Shown here one piece after another: positions 39,096 to 50,400 of a stretch of 64,000 nt of DNA. The stretch is from the NCBI RefSeq assembly GCF_001194135.2, contig NC_068993.1, positions 28,802,394 through 28,866,393 of the forward strand, given 5' to 3'. The stretch comes from Octopus bimaculoides. Lineage: Eukaryota. The position numbers and the translations under genes are program-made. The first letter of the stretch is position 1. Each line of letters begins with the position of its first letter. Below the pieces are notes generated by a model that saw only the letters and a program-made list of their open reading frames with translations, was not told where the DNA came from and did no database searches.

Positions 39096-41834
39096 TAAAT
39101 CCTTGATTTCTGAATGTAGATTTGGACATATATCTTTATCTGTTGATTGTTTTTCCAGTTCCTGTAGGATAGTTGTTTGTTTTTCCATTATTGAGATAAG
39201 TGTTGATAATTTGCATAATATTTCTTTTAAGAGCAGTCTAAAAAGTACCAAAGTTGTCAAGAACTCAACTGTCAGTTAAACACATTAGAAATTTGATGAT
39301 TACGCTATGTATGAAAGTGCTAAGTTAACTTTATGAGCATTACAAAATATATATTTTTTTAATGTTAAAATACCATAATAAAAAACGTGGAAACCAGACC
39401 ATGTTTTAACTTTAATCAACTGATATATATATNNNNNNNNNNNNNNNNNNNNNNNNNNNNNNNNNNNNNNNNNNNNNNNTAAAGTTAAGAAAGAGAGAAA
39501 CAAATTTTGAAGGTTGGTATTCATATTCATTCAATCCGTTTCAAATTGTTGAAATTCTCCACAACATACATAGATGCTTTCACATATATGAAACATAGCA
39601 AAAGTTCATAAGAGTTTATAAATATATATATATAAAAATTCATAAGTGTATAAAAACTTAAAATATATAAAACTTTATAAACATGTAAATATAAATACAT
39701 AGATGTACTTGTGAGGTTTAAATTTTTATATATTTATAAATTCTTATGAACTTTTACCATGTCTCATATATGTGAACACATCTGTGTACATTGTGGAGAA
39801 TTTCAACAATTTGAAATGGATTGAATGAATATGAATACTGACCATTGAAATTTGTTTCTCTCTTTCTTAACTCTATATTCCTGAAGCTCTATTAGCACGC
39901 TTATTAGTTGTGTTGTATAAAGTGAATAACTATACCATGTACTTCTTCATTATTCTATATCTGCTCAAGGTGAGCACTTCCTACAGCATCAACCTATGGA
40001 GAAACAATTCCTTGGTCAATTTATAAAAAATATCCTGGTTCCACCTAGGGATATGTACACCAATATGCTACTGCAGAGAATTAGAGAATTCATCAAAAGG
40101 TTGAGATAGAAAGCATTTTACTATGATTCAAAATTGGATAATTATAACTTGAAAACCTACAGAAACTTTCCTCACAATCCTGCACTACTTAAACTGGAAA
40201 AAGACCTCATTAACATGGTAAAAAGACTAAAATTCTTGAGAATCACAAACCACATCCAGAAGAAATTAACTGACATTATCTCTCAAATAAAACAAACTCT
40301 GATAACCTACATGTTCTTTCTGATAAAACAGAAACCTGTATTCACTACCTACCGACGCCTATAATAACTTTATCTTGAAGGAATTGAACTCTAAATATAA
40401 AATAGTGGCCAATAATAGACTGAATGAAATTAATAAGAACTATTTTGACTTAATTAAGGAGCTAAAATTGCTAGATAGGACGGAACCTTATGCCCCTAAA
40501 ATCCCACATTTCACTTTTAAGGACCACAAAACTAACTTTGAGTGCAAACCCACCATTAGGCTAATCTGCCCAACCAGATCTGACTTGGACAGAATTAGTA
40601 AGTCTATCATTGATAGAATTATCTCTTGTGTTAAAAGAAACACAAACCTCCCACTTTGGATATCCACAGGAGATGTCATAACTTGGTTTTGCTCTTTGAA
40701 TAACAAAAGGAAAACCTGCTTTATACAATTCAAGCTTAGTAATTACTACCAATCTATTAAGCCTGATTTACTCAACAAAGCAATTACTTTTGTGGAGAAT
40801 TTTACTAGTATTACACCATTAGAGAAAAATATTATTTTTCACCGCAAGAAAAATACTGATATTCTTCAGAAATAGGACTTGGACCCGATATGACCTTCAT
40901 GACAACTTTGATGTTACAATGGGAAGCTCGGACTGTGTCCAGGTCACAGATATTGTTGGCCTATTTTTACTCTCAAAAATTAATGAAGAATTTCCTAATA
41001 TCAAAGGAGGTCTGTATAGAGACGATGCCTTATTCTCTATATCTGGTTCCTCTGCACAAGCAACTGATAGGATAAGGAAAAGATTAATTGAATTTTTTAA
41101 GTTATACAACTTAGATATTATATTTGAAAATGTTACTAAATGTGTTAACATATTGGATGTAACATTAAATCTAGATCTAGATGATGGCTTATTCTATCCT
41201 TACCATAAGCCTAATCAAACTATTAAGTATATCCACACCTTATCAAATCATCCCCAAAGTGTCATTAAGGGAATAATCAAAGTTATGTTGATAAGAATAT
41301 CTAACTTATCTGCAAACAAAAAGATCATCGATGATTTTGCACCCCTTTATAATACAGCATTAAAAGACAGTGGATTCAATAGGAAAATATATTATATTAA
41401 GAACACAATATTTTAAAATAAATCAGGCAAACGTTTTCCAAATATTTAAACATCGACACACCTCCCATAAACCAACCACCCCGAATATAGGAACCAACAA
41501 CATTTTAGAAGATACTATAATCTAATTATAATAACAATAACTATACTGGGCAGAATAGGAAAACCTTGGGGAGGAGACAAGAAATTATATGGTTCACACC
41601 TCCCTTTTCCCTCCAGGTCAGAAACCTCCCTAAATTATTTTTTTAGAATTATTGACATGAACTTCCCACTAGGTCATAAATATCATTCCATATTTAATAG
41701 ATCCTGCCTTAACTTATCACACTCAAACACTCCCAATCTAGGATCTATGATTGTGGCCAACAATAGACTTGAACTTAGAAATAACAGCATTAACAGAGAT
41801 GATTATATAGCTGACCTTAATATAAAGAATAATC

Positions 41835-42020
41835 CTTTTCTACTCTAGGCACAAGGCCCAAAATTTTTGGGGAGGGGGCCAGTTGATTAGATCGACCTCA
41901 CGAACCTGAAAGGAAGAAAGGCAAAGTCGACCTCGGCGGAATTTGAACCCAGAATTTAAAGACAGACAAAATACCGCTAAGCATTTCACCCAGTGTGCTA
42001 ATGTTTCTGCCAACTCGCAA
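41835..42020 (-). mobile_element. tRNA-derived SINE inserted in the PLE ORF
   Basis: Reverse complement of the SINE at 59047-59260; it interrupts the RT-endonuclease linker. Confidence 0.85.
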
Positions 42021-42699
42021 AACCCTGATATTAAAATTAGAAAGGCTAAACCTGGAAATAAAACATGTAATTGTCATAACAGGGTCCTATGTCCCTTAAA
42101 AGGATTCTGTTTAAAAAGAAATGTCATATGTAAAGTTGAGGTTTCAACCCTTAATGAACCTAAAAATATATACATAGCAAGTACGACTGATTGTAAGATT
42201 AGATATAGGGCACACACAAATTCATTTATCAATCATAAAACAAAAACTTCAACCACACTAGCTACTCACATCAATAAATTAAAAATGCGCAATAAAGAAT
42301 TCATTCTAGATTGGTCTATCATAATGGAAACCACACCATATAATACATACTAAAAATTGCGATTTATGCATAAAGGAAGCAATCCACATACTCCATACCA
42401 ACAAAAAGAGCTTACTTAATAAGATATCTGATGTCATAATTACCTGTAGACATAAATATCTTTCAACTTTTAAATTCTTCCCCAAAAATAATTAGCCTAT
42501 AGGATTTTAATCTAGTCGCCTTTCATATTTTGGATTCATTGTAAAATACTATTATATAGAGCATCGTAATGTATCTTGACATGTAACTTTAATTCTAATT
42601 ATATCATCCACATGAACAGTATGGTCCAACAAAGCATTCTTTTTTTTAAAATTCTCAATCTTTCATGTCTCTAAAAAATTTTAATAACTCTTTGAATCT

Positions 42700-42792
42700 T
42701 CTAACTCTGATGAGAGAAATATAGATAATTGCTATGGTTAGTGTTAGCTTGCCCATACCAACCTATATCTCCCTGAAATGACCGTCAGACGT
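42700..42792 (+). ncRNA. Degenerate hammerhead-like motif with long stem II in the PLE 3' repeat
   Basis: CTGATGA (42707-42713), GAGAAATATAG/CTATATCTCCC stem (9/11 pairs) around an inner TATGG/CCATA hairpin, then T-GAAA-TGACC-GTC. Confidence 0.5.
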
Positions 42793-43252
42793 AGCACTTA
42801 TTCAGGATTTCTCTTAAATCATTTTATACTAACTTTCTCATCTACCCTTCTCATTGATTCTAATATGGACATTCAATTTCGCAAGTACATCTATGTATTT
42901 ATATTTATATGTTTATATATTTATAAATTTCAACATTGAATGAAATGGATTGAATGAATATGAATACTGACCTTTGAAATTTGTTTCTCTCTTTCTTAAC
43001 TTTATATTCCTGAAGCTCTATTAGAGTGCTTGTAGTAATTAACCAAATTAATATAGTTAAATTAAATTAAATTTGGTTAAGTTCTATACTGCAAGTGATG
43101 AATTGAAACAATTGTAGGTCTGGTTTTGTCAATGTTAATAAACTTTTATTAATCTTATCTCCATTTTCTCTCTTGTTTTGTATATTACTAATACTATGTA
43201 TGTATGTGCCTGAATATTTTTAATCCTTCTGAGGTTTATATCCTCTCTTGTA

Positions 43253-43315
<63 letters not shown>

Positions 43316-43319
43316 CCAT

Positions 43320-43515
43320 GGGCATATGGCATAGTGGTTAAGAGCGCAGGCTACTAACCCCAAGATTCTGAGTTGGATTCCAGGCAGTGATCAGAATAAT
43401 AATAATAATAATAATAAACAACATTGGGAAAATACCTTAGGAATGAGAACCTAGGTTTGAAATTCCCCAGGACACTTGATGAAAGCTGAAGAGTACATCC
43501 GTCAAATGTAAATAA
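43320..43515 (+). mobile_element. tRNA-headed SINE with (TAA)n spacer
   Basis: GGCATATGGCATAGTGGTTAAGAGCGCAGGCT...GAGTTGGATTCCAGGC is a tRNA-like head, followed by (TAA)n and a tail. Confidence 0.7.
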
Positions 43516-44570
43516 TGTAACTAATGAATATATATATATATATATAACACATCTGTCAGATGGGACCTTGATGACTGCTATAAAGCATGAAAGTATACTA
43601 GTCCTTTTATATTTAATACTCAATATTTTATTTATTCAATAAGACATTCAATACTTCATTTCATTATACTTCATTTCATTTTACTATTTATATTATATAT
43701 TCCATATTCTATATCACACATTAATTTTGTAAGAATATGAATANNNNNNNNNNTATATATATATATATATATATATAATATTAGTTATAGAATAAAAACG
43801 CTGGGTTAATGACTCAACATATCACACCCCCTTAATGAACATATGTAAGATATACAACATAATCCATAATCCATAATCCATAAGGAATAAGAAATATATA
43901 AGAAGTGAGATGCAAGAAATAGAACAAAAAGTATAAAATTTTATACACAAATGTATTGTTTCAACTGATAACATACAAATGAGTTAAAGATATAATACAA
44001 TACACATAAATATCATTTCATAGAAGTTAAAATTAATACGAATAAAAATTAATACAAATAAAAGGAATAAAAATTTCAAATATATAATATTATATAGGTC
44101 AAACTAAAATAAAGAAAAATAAAATAAAGAAATGAGGTACCATAAAGTAGTCCATTGGTTAAAAATGAAGGACAGAAATGATTTAACACTATTTAGAATT
44201 AAAGCACAAAGTTCTTCATCTCCCTGTAGACACCAATAGGCAAGTTCTTCATCTCCCTGTAGACACCAATAGGCAAGTCCGCACCAGTTAGGTATATACA
44301 AGAGTGAATAACAGGCACCCAGCAGGTATCAGCATGTAAAACATGTAAAATTTAATTCCGCTCACCAAGTCCAAAAGTTCACAACACATGGGTCAAAATA
44401 CAATTACAGCACCCAGCAGGTATCAATCAGTAAAAACAATTTCACGAAAACCACATACAACACCTATGGCCATTTTGGGGGTACACCACTGTATTATAAA
44501 CACAATAGAGTGCAAACTGGTGATGACCCCCTCGTCAGGGTAAACTTACGTACAAATGTCACGACATGCA

Positions 44571-46274
44571 ATTTCTTTATTAGGCATAAAGCCCCAAACA
44601 CAGATGAGGACACCACAAGGACAGACAAGACCACAGTGGGGACAAAAAACATAAAACAAATGTAAATGAAACGAAAGTTATATAAAAATGAGAAAATGAA
44701 ATGGACGCACGGGCCCCACTCTCATGCATTACCATTTGAACTGTTATATGTACATTTTACAATTGTTCTTTTTTTTTAATTTCATACTTTTCTCTTGTCT
44801 TTAGTAAAAGTTCATTAGGTGTTCAATTTCTCTTAACTCCACCACTGGTGGTAACTCTTTAAATTCCACCTTTACTCCTGGCGGGACAACGTTACCCCAC
44901 ACATCTCTTTCAATTTTCTATAGTTTTCTTCTTCGATCACTATTGCCTTCATATCCTCCGCGTAGATGTATGAAGGCACCTTTACTCTTACTATTGAATG
45001 TAACTTGATTATTTTTTTCTCTATTTCAACATTTATTGAGTACGTTACATAATACCATACTCCTTCTCCTCCTCATATCTTCTTTCCTTTCTCTTGGACT
45101 TTTGGTTCTCTCTTTTCTTCCTCCCTAAATAGTCTCTCCATCTCACCTTCATACAGTTGGGTTTCCGATACTTTCTCCACTGGTAACTCCACTTTCTTTT
45201 TCCTTCCTACTGCCCTCCTTCACAATTTCTTTTCTCACCCCTTCCCTCTCCTTTTTCTGCTTCTCTGGCAGAGAACTCATTCCTCCGCTCCTCCTTCTTT
45301 TCTTTTTAGCCATAGTGAATCCCTTCTCCGCTTCTTTTTCTGTTTCTTTTCTCGTTGCCTTGTCCTGTACTACCTGGTCCACACTCTCCTGTCTCTCCAC
45401 CTGTTCTGTTTGTAGCTTCCTTTGGGTGCACCATGCCTTCATGTGGCCCCTTTCTCCACATGTGAAACACACTGGTGGCCTACCCTCCACCACGATCCGT
45501 AGTCGGGTGTCATCGGGGAGCACCAACTCCTCTGCAATATTATGTAGGTCCAGTAGGGTAATGTGGGTTAGGATTTCTACCCCAAAACCCTACCATTTGA
45601 TTTCTCTGGACCTTTCCACCTTGATTATTTTCACCTCATTTTTACATTTGTAAATCACCGCTGCTACCAACCATTCCATGTCTATTTCTAGCGGTACTCT
45701 ACCAATTCTTATTCTCGCCACCCTTCTACCGCAATATACTGGTAAAAGGGCCCACTCCTCTGTTTTCAAAGACATGGTAGAGTACTTATTTGCTCCTTCT
45801 TCAGTCTTGAAATAGACTTTTACTGTTCCATATTTCCTTCCTCTCATGAATAGTACCACTTCCTCCATAATTCTGTTCAAACAATTTTCAATTACTTCTG
45901 TCTTCGCAATTTCGATTTTTTTTAGAGTTAATATTCAACGTTTTATGTATAATAATTTTTTTCTCCGCTTCCTCCATTATTTCTTTGGGTGGATTAACCC
46001 GCAGACAGTCTCCTTCTTTCTTCAAATACTTGAAATGTCTCTTCAAATTTTCCATTTTAATGTTAACTTCTCTCATTCCCATGTCACTGGCCGGCCGGCC
46101 GCTGCCAGCTGCAGCTGCGTAGCTAGTAGTCATTTAAACACTACAGCAATGACTTCCAACAACAAAATAATTCAATAAACAGTAACAAAATAACAGTAAC
46201 AATTCTTCAACAGTTTCATACAACGATTTCTTAACAACTACTCACACTCTCCTTCAAATTATCACAACACGACT
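44571..46274 (-). mobile_element. gag/ORF1-only unit C (disrupted ORF with CCHC zinc knuckle)
   Basis: ORF pieces 45888-46133, 45590-45880 and 45149-45526 (VEGRPPVCFTCGERGHMKAWC), plus a manually read C-terminal segment at about 44815-45070. AATAAA near 44580; no RT. Confidence 0.75.
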
Positions 46275-46292
46275 CAAATGTCACGACATGCA

Positions 46293-48160
46293 CAAAGGGA
46301 AATATCTCTTTATTACCCACTAGGGGCTAAACAAAGAAGGGGACAAACACAATTGGGGAACTAAAATTATAATACAGATGTATAAAGAAAGAAAAAAAAA
46401 ACAAAACGAATGAATTATGGAAAAGATGATACAATGAGGTGGAATGCCCACTCGACCCCTGAAGTCGAGTGGTTAGATTGCAACCGTTTTCTTTTTAATT
46501 GATCCACCTTAAGTCTAGCAGTTCAATGCCATAGTCCTGTTTAAGTTCAGTATAACAAATGCTTTTCGGCAACTTGTCTCTATCACCTTTTACTTTCCAC
46601 AATTCAATCCCTTTATTGTTTTTCACTATTTCCTTTTGTTCCTCATTCAACAAATAACACGTCGCGGCCTTACCATCCTCCCAGAGTTCCACCTCAACCA
46701 CATCCTTCTACTCTTTTACCTGTTTCATCAAGTCATCCTCCATGTCCTCATACAGAAGGCAAGCAAAACAAACAGGGGGAGGGGGAACCTTATTTCCATC
46801 GTGTGTGTTTGTATCTNNNNNNNNNNNNNNNNNNNNNNNNNNNNNNNNNNNNNNNNNNNNNNNNNNNNNNNNNNNNNNNNNNNNNNNNNNNNNNNNNNNN
46901 NNNNNNNNNNNNNNNNNNNNNNNNNNNNNNNNNNNNNNNNNNNNNNNNNNNNNNNNNNNNNNNNNNNNNNNNNNNNNNNNNNNNNNNNNNNNNNNNNNNN
47001 NNNNNNNNNNNNNNNNNNNNNNNNNNNNNNNNNNNNNNNNNNNNNNNNNNNNNNNNNNNNNNNNNNNNNNNNNNNNNNNNNNNNNNNNNNNNNNNNNNNN
47101 NNNNNNNNNNNNNNNNNNNNNNNNNNNNNNNNNNNNNNNNNNNNNNNNNNNNNNNNNNNNNNNNNNNNNNNNNNNNNNNNNNNNNNNNNNNNNNNNNNNN
47201 NNNNNNNNNNNNNNNNNNNNNNNNNNNNNNNNNNNNNNNNNNNNNNNNNNNNNNNNNNNNNNNNNNNNNNNNNNNNNNNNNNNNNNNNNNNNNNNNNNNN
47301 NNNNNNNNNNNNNNNNNNNNNNNNNNNNNNNNNNNNNNNNNNNNNNNNNNNNNNNNNNNNNNNNNNNNNNNNNNNNNNNNNNNNNNNNNNNNNNNNNNNN
47401 NNNNNNNNNNNNNNNNNNNNNNNNNNNNNNNNNNNNNNNNNNNNNNNNNNNNNNNNNNNNNNNNNNNNNNNNNNNNNNNNNNNNNNNNNNNNNNNNNNNN
47501 NNNNNNNNNNNNNNNNNNNNNNNNNNNNNNNNNNNNNNNNNNNNNNNNNNNNNNNNNNNNNAGTACAAGTTCTTCATCCTTCAATGAAGTTTCCGCATAC
47601 TTCTTTACCGTGTCTCCGTTTGTGAATCTCACCTCCACTTAACCAAATTTCGGCCCTCTGGCAAGATATGATATTTCTTGCCAGATTGGCCTCAGCACCT
47701 TCTCCACCTGCGCCGTCAACATATGGTCTACCTTGCCTTTCTTAATTGAGAATGTTTTGTACATAATAGTTCTGCCTTTCATACTTTTTGTTATTTTGAG
47801 CGGAGGGGTCACATTAACGTTGTAACCGTCACGCTTCAACAATGTCTTATATTTCTTTGTGTCAATTTCTACATTTTCCTCTTCTTTTCGGGCAACCTCC
47901 GCAAACTTCCTTTTATCGAGGTCCACGTCCATAGCGTCAACCGCTTTCAATGATTCTTCCTCAGATGACGAATACTCAGACCCGCTAAAGTCTGAGTAAA
48001 AGGTATTCCTTTTACTTTTAGCCATACCAACTCTCAAAGAGAGAACGTAAGACTACACCGCTGCAAAGCAGCACGCAACAAATACAACAATCCTTTCTGA
48101 ACGATATATCACCAATAACCCAAACCTTTACTGGCCAACTCACACTTTGAACATCAAGAT
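46293..48160 (-). mobile_element. gag/ORF1-only unit B (middle lies in an assembly gap)
   Basis: N-terminus 47639-48037 (KFAEVARK..VNVTPP..YKTFSI..ARGPKFG*VEVRF). C-terminal domain 46495-46810 (PPPPVCFACLLYE..EVELWEDG..KVKGDRD.LPK). Confidence 0.7.
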
Positions 48161-49670
48161 ATGCACAAAGGGAAATATCTCTTTATTACCCACTAGGGGC
48201 TAAACAAAGAAGGGGACAAACACAATCAGGGAACTAAAATTATAAAATGGAGGTATAAAGAAAGAAACAAAATAAAAGAAAAGAATGAATTATGAAAAAG
48301 ATGATATAATGAGGCGGAATGCTCACTCGACCCCAGACGTCGAGTGGTTACATTGATACCGTTTTGTTGTTCAATGCCTTAAATCTAGCAGTTCAATTCC
48401 ATAGTCCTCTTTCAGTTTAGTATAATTAATCTTTTTTGGCAACTAGTCTCTATCGCCAATGACTTTCCACCAATCAATGCCTTTATCATTCTTTTTTACT
48501 ATTTCACATTGTTCTTTGTTTACCATATAACTCATCGTAGTCTCACCATCATCATCCAAGAATTCTACTTCCACCATATCCTTCCACTCGTTCAACCGTT
48601 TTACCGTGTCATCTCCCGCGTTCTCATACAGAACGCAAGCAAAACAAATAGGGGGAGGGGAAATCTTATTTTCATCGTGTGTATTTGTATTTTTTTCTGT
48701 TTTCTTGTTGGAGGGGATTGGGTAGGTTTGGTGTCTGTATTGGGAGGGTGAGGTGAAAAGGGAGCGGATGGGCACTGGGTGGGTTGGGGTTCACAATTAC
48801 TTTCTTTCTTTTTCTTTTTTTCCTCCTCACTGCTGTTTCCCATTCCTTATTTCCTGGAGTTTCTTTTTCCACTTCTTCTTGTCTCCTCTCTTGTGGTGGT
48901 GGCTGTCGCTCCTCTACCATTTTGGGTGGTGTAGGGTAGTTCGCTCTTATGTGGTCCTTCAGGCCACATTTGAAGCAACGTGGAACTCTTCCTTCTACCC
49001 TAACAGTCATAGTTATTTCATCCATGGTTATAGATTCTGTAATCTTTTCTACCGTTTCTTTTGACCCTTGGACTATCATCTCCAATTGCTGACCTCTCCA
49101 GTTAATGCAGTCTTTTATTCTTGGCCTGGAGCACTACTATGTTGTCCTCATTACCACAGAGGACCGTATCTGCCACCCAGGACACATCAATCTCCGGTGG
49201 GATTCCTTCCACTGTGATCCTTGTCGCTCTCCTGCCTCTATACGTGGGCAACAGCACCACTTCTTCACTTCGAATTGTTGAAGCTGCATGTTTCCTTGCT
49301 GCTGCCGCATTCCGGAACCTTACTTCTACTGTTCCAAAAGTGGAACCTTTAGCCAGGTATGTTATATCATCCCAAATCTGCCTCAACGCCTGTTCTATTT
49401 TCTCTGTCGTGACGACATCAATTTTTCCTTTATTTATCGAATAGGTTCGATAGTTTATCGTTTTCTGCCTTATTCCGTCTTTTACTTCTTGCGGGGGCTT
49501 CAGCTTCACTTCGAACCCGTCTTGTGTCATTTCTCCTTTATGCTTTCCTAGTTCGCCAATATTCAGTTCCATCTCCTTACACCTTGCTGCATCAGCAAAA
49601 TTCCTGTTCTCTGTTGTCAGCATTTGGTCCATTAATTTCACAGCCTTCCGCAACTCTTCATTGGATNNNN
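48161..49670 (-). mobile_element. gag/ORF1-only unit A
   Basis: 49102-49653 (NFADAAR..LKPP..YRTYSI..GSTFGTVEVRF..LLPTYRGRRATRITVEGIPPE), 48672-49085 (VEGRVPRCFKCGLKDH) and 48443-48775 (PPPICFACVLYE..EVEFLDDDG..KVIGDRD). Confidence 0.78.
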
Positions 49671-50214
49671 NNNNNNNNNNNNNNNNNNNNNNNNNNNNNN
49701 NNNNNNNNNNNNNNNNNNNNNNNNNNNNNNNNNNNNNNNNNNNNNNNNNNNNNNNNNNNNNNNNNNNNNNNNNNNNNNNNNNNNNNNNNNNNNNNNNNNN
49801 NNNNNNNNNNNNNNNNNNNNNNNNNNNNNNNNNNNNNNNNNNNNNNNNNNNNNNNNNNNNNNNNNNNNNNNNNNNNNNNNNNNNNNNNNNNNNNNNNNNN
49901 NNNNNNNNNNNNNNNNNNNNNNNNNNNNNAATCTTCGAGGTTTCAAATCACCCTAACACAAACTATTACACTTGTTATTATCTATTGCTTTTAAATTTAT
50001 TTTTATTTCTATACAGTTTCAAGAAGGTGGAGGAAAACTTATGGTTGCAGAAGGGGATTACCTCGGTGAACTTATTTATGGTTTTTGGTCCAAAAGACCT
50101 GAGTATCGCAAGGGATTCCCTAATACATAAAGAACATTTACTAATATTTGCCTTAAAGTAGGGGGCCCTCGATATAACAGACCATTCAAGAGAGTACTTT
50201 ATATTCTTCTTCTT

Positions 50215-50362
50215 TCATGCACTGTCAGGGACGAGAACAAACTAGATAGGTTTTATACAGGATGCATGAAGAACTTTAAGGCTAGATATAGAGCGCATAT
50301 GAGTTTGTTTACAATTGAAAAATACCGTAACTCTACCACACTCGCCTCTTATTTACATGACC
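50215..50362 (+). mobile_element. PLE GIY-YIG fragment
   Basis: FYTGCMKNFKARYRAHMSLFTIEKYRNSTTLASYLHDL, homologous to 42170-42290. Confidence 0.7.
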
Positions 50363-50400
50363 TCAATTTGATTATCTATATTTGCTCTTTTATAAAAATT

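Larger units (their letters stand above)
39480..43030 (+). mobile_element. Penelope-like element, near-complete: inverted + direct pseudo-LTR, RT, C-terminal GIY-YIG, pseudo-LTR
   Basis: RT: FTFKDHK..KPTIRLICP, FDVTMGSSD..VGLFLL, GLYRDD, YPYHKPN..SNHP. Linker IIWFTPPFS and CNCHNRVLCPL. Endonuclease IYIAST..KIRYRAH..LATHI..CDLC. Terminal sequence 42930-43025 recurs directly at 39810-39895 and inverted at 39480-39712. Confidence 0.92.

Noticed and set aside
43321-43392. Functional tRNA gene
   Set aside because: It lacks a convincing acceptor stem and terminator and continues into a SINE-like tail.
44205-44278. 33-bp tandem duplication (also a ~28-bp one at 18068-18122)
   Set aside because: Only two copies with no spacers; ordinary slippage, not CRISPR-like.
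44520-44545. CTGACGAGGGG hammerhead half-core on the minus strand next to the gag array
   Set aside because: No GAAA half or stem III could be found at the expected distance.
46636-47642. Long ORFs spanning N-runs (also 14444-15124, 33014-33752, 49524-50161, 63472-63939)
   Set aside because: The length comes from X residues in assembly gaps, so they are not evidence of genes.
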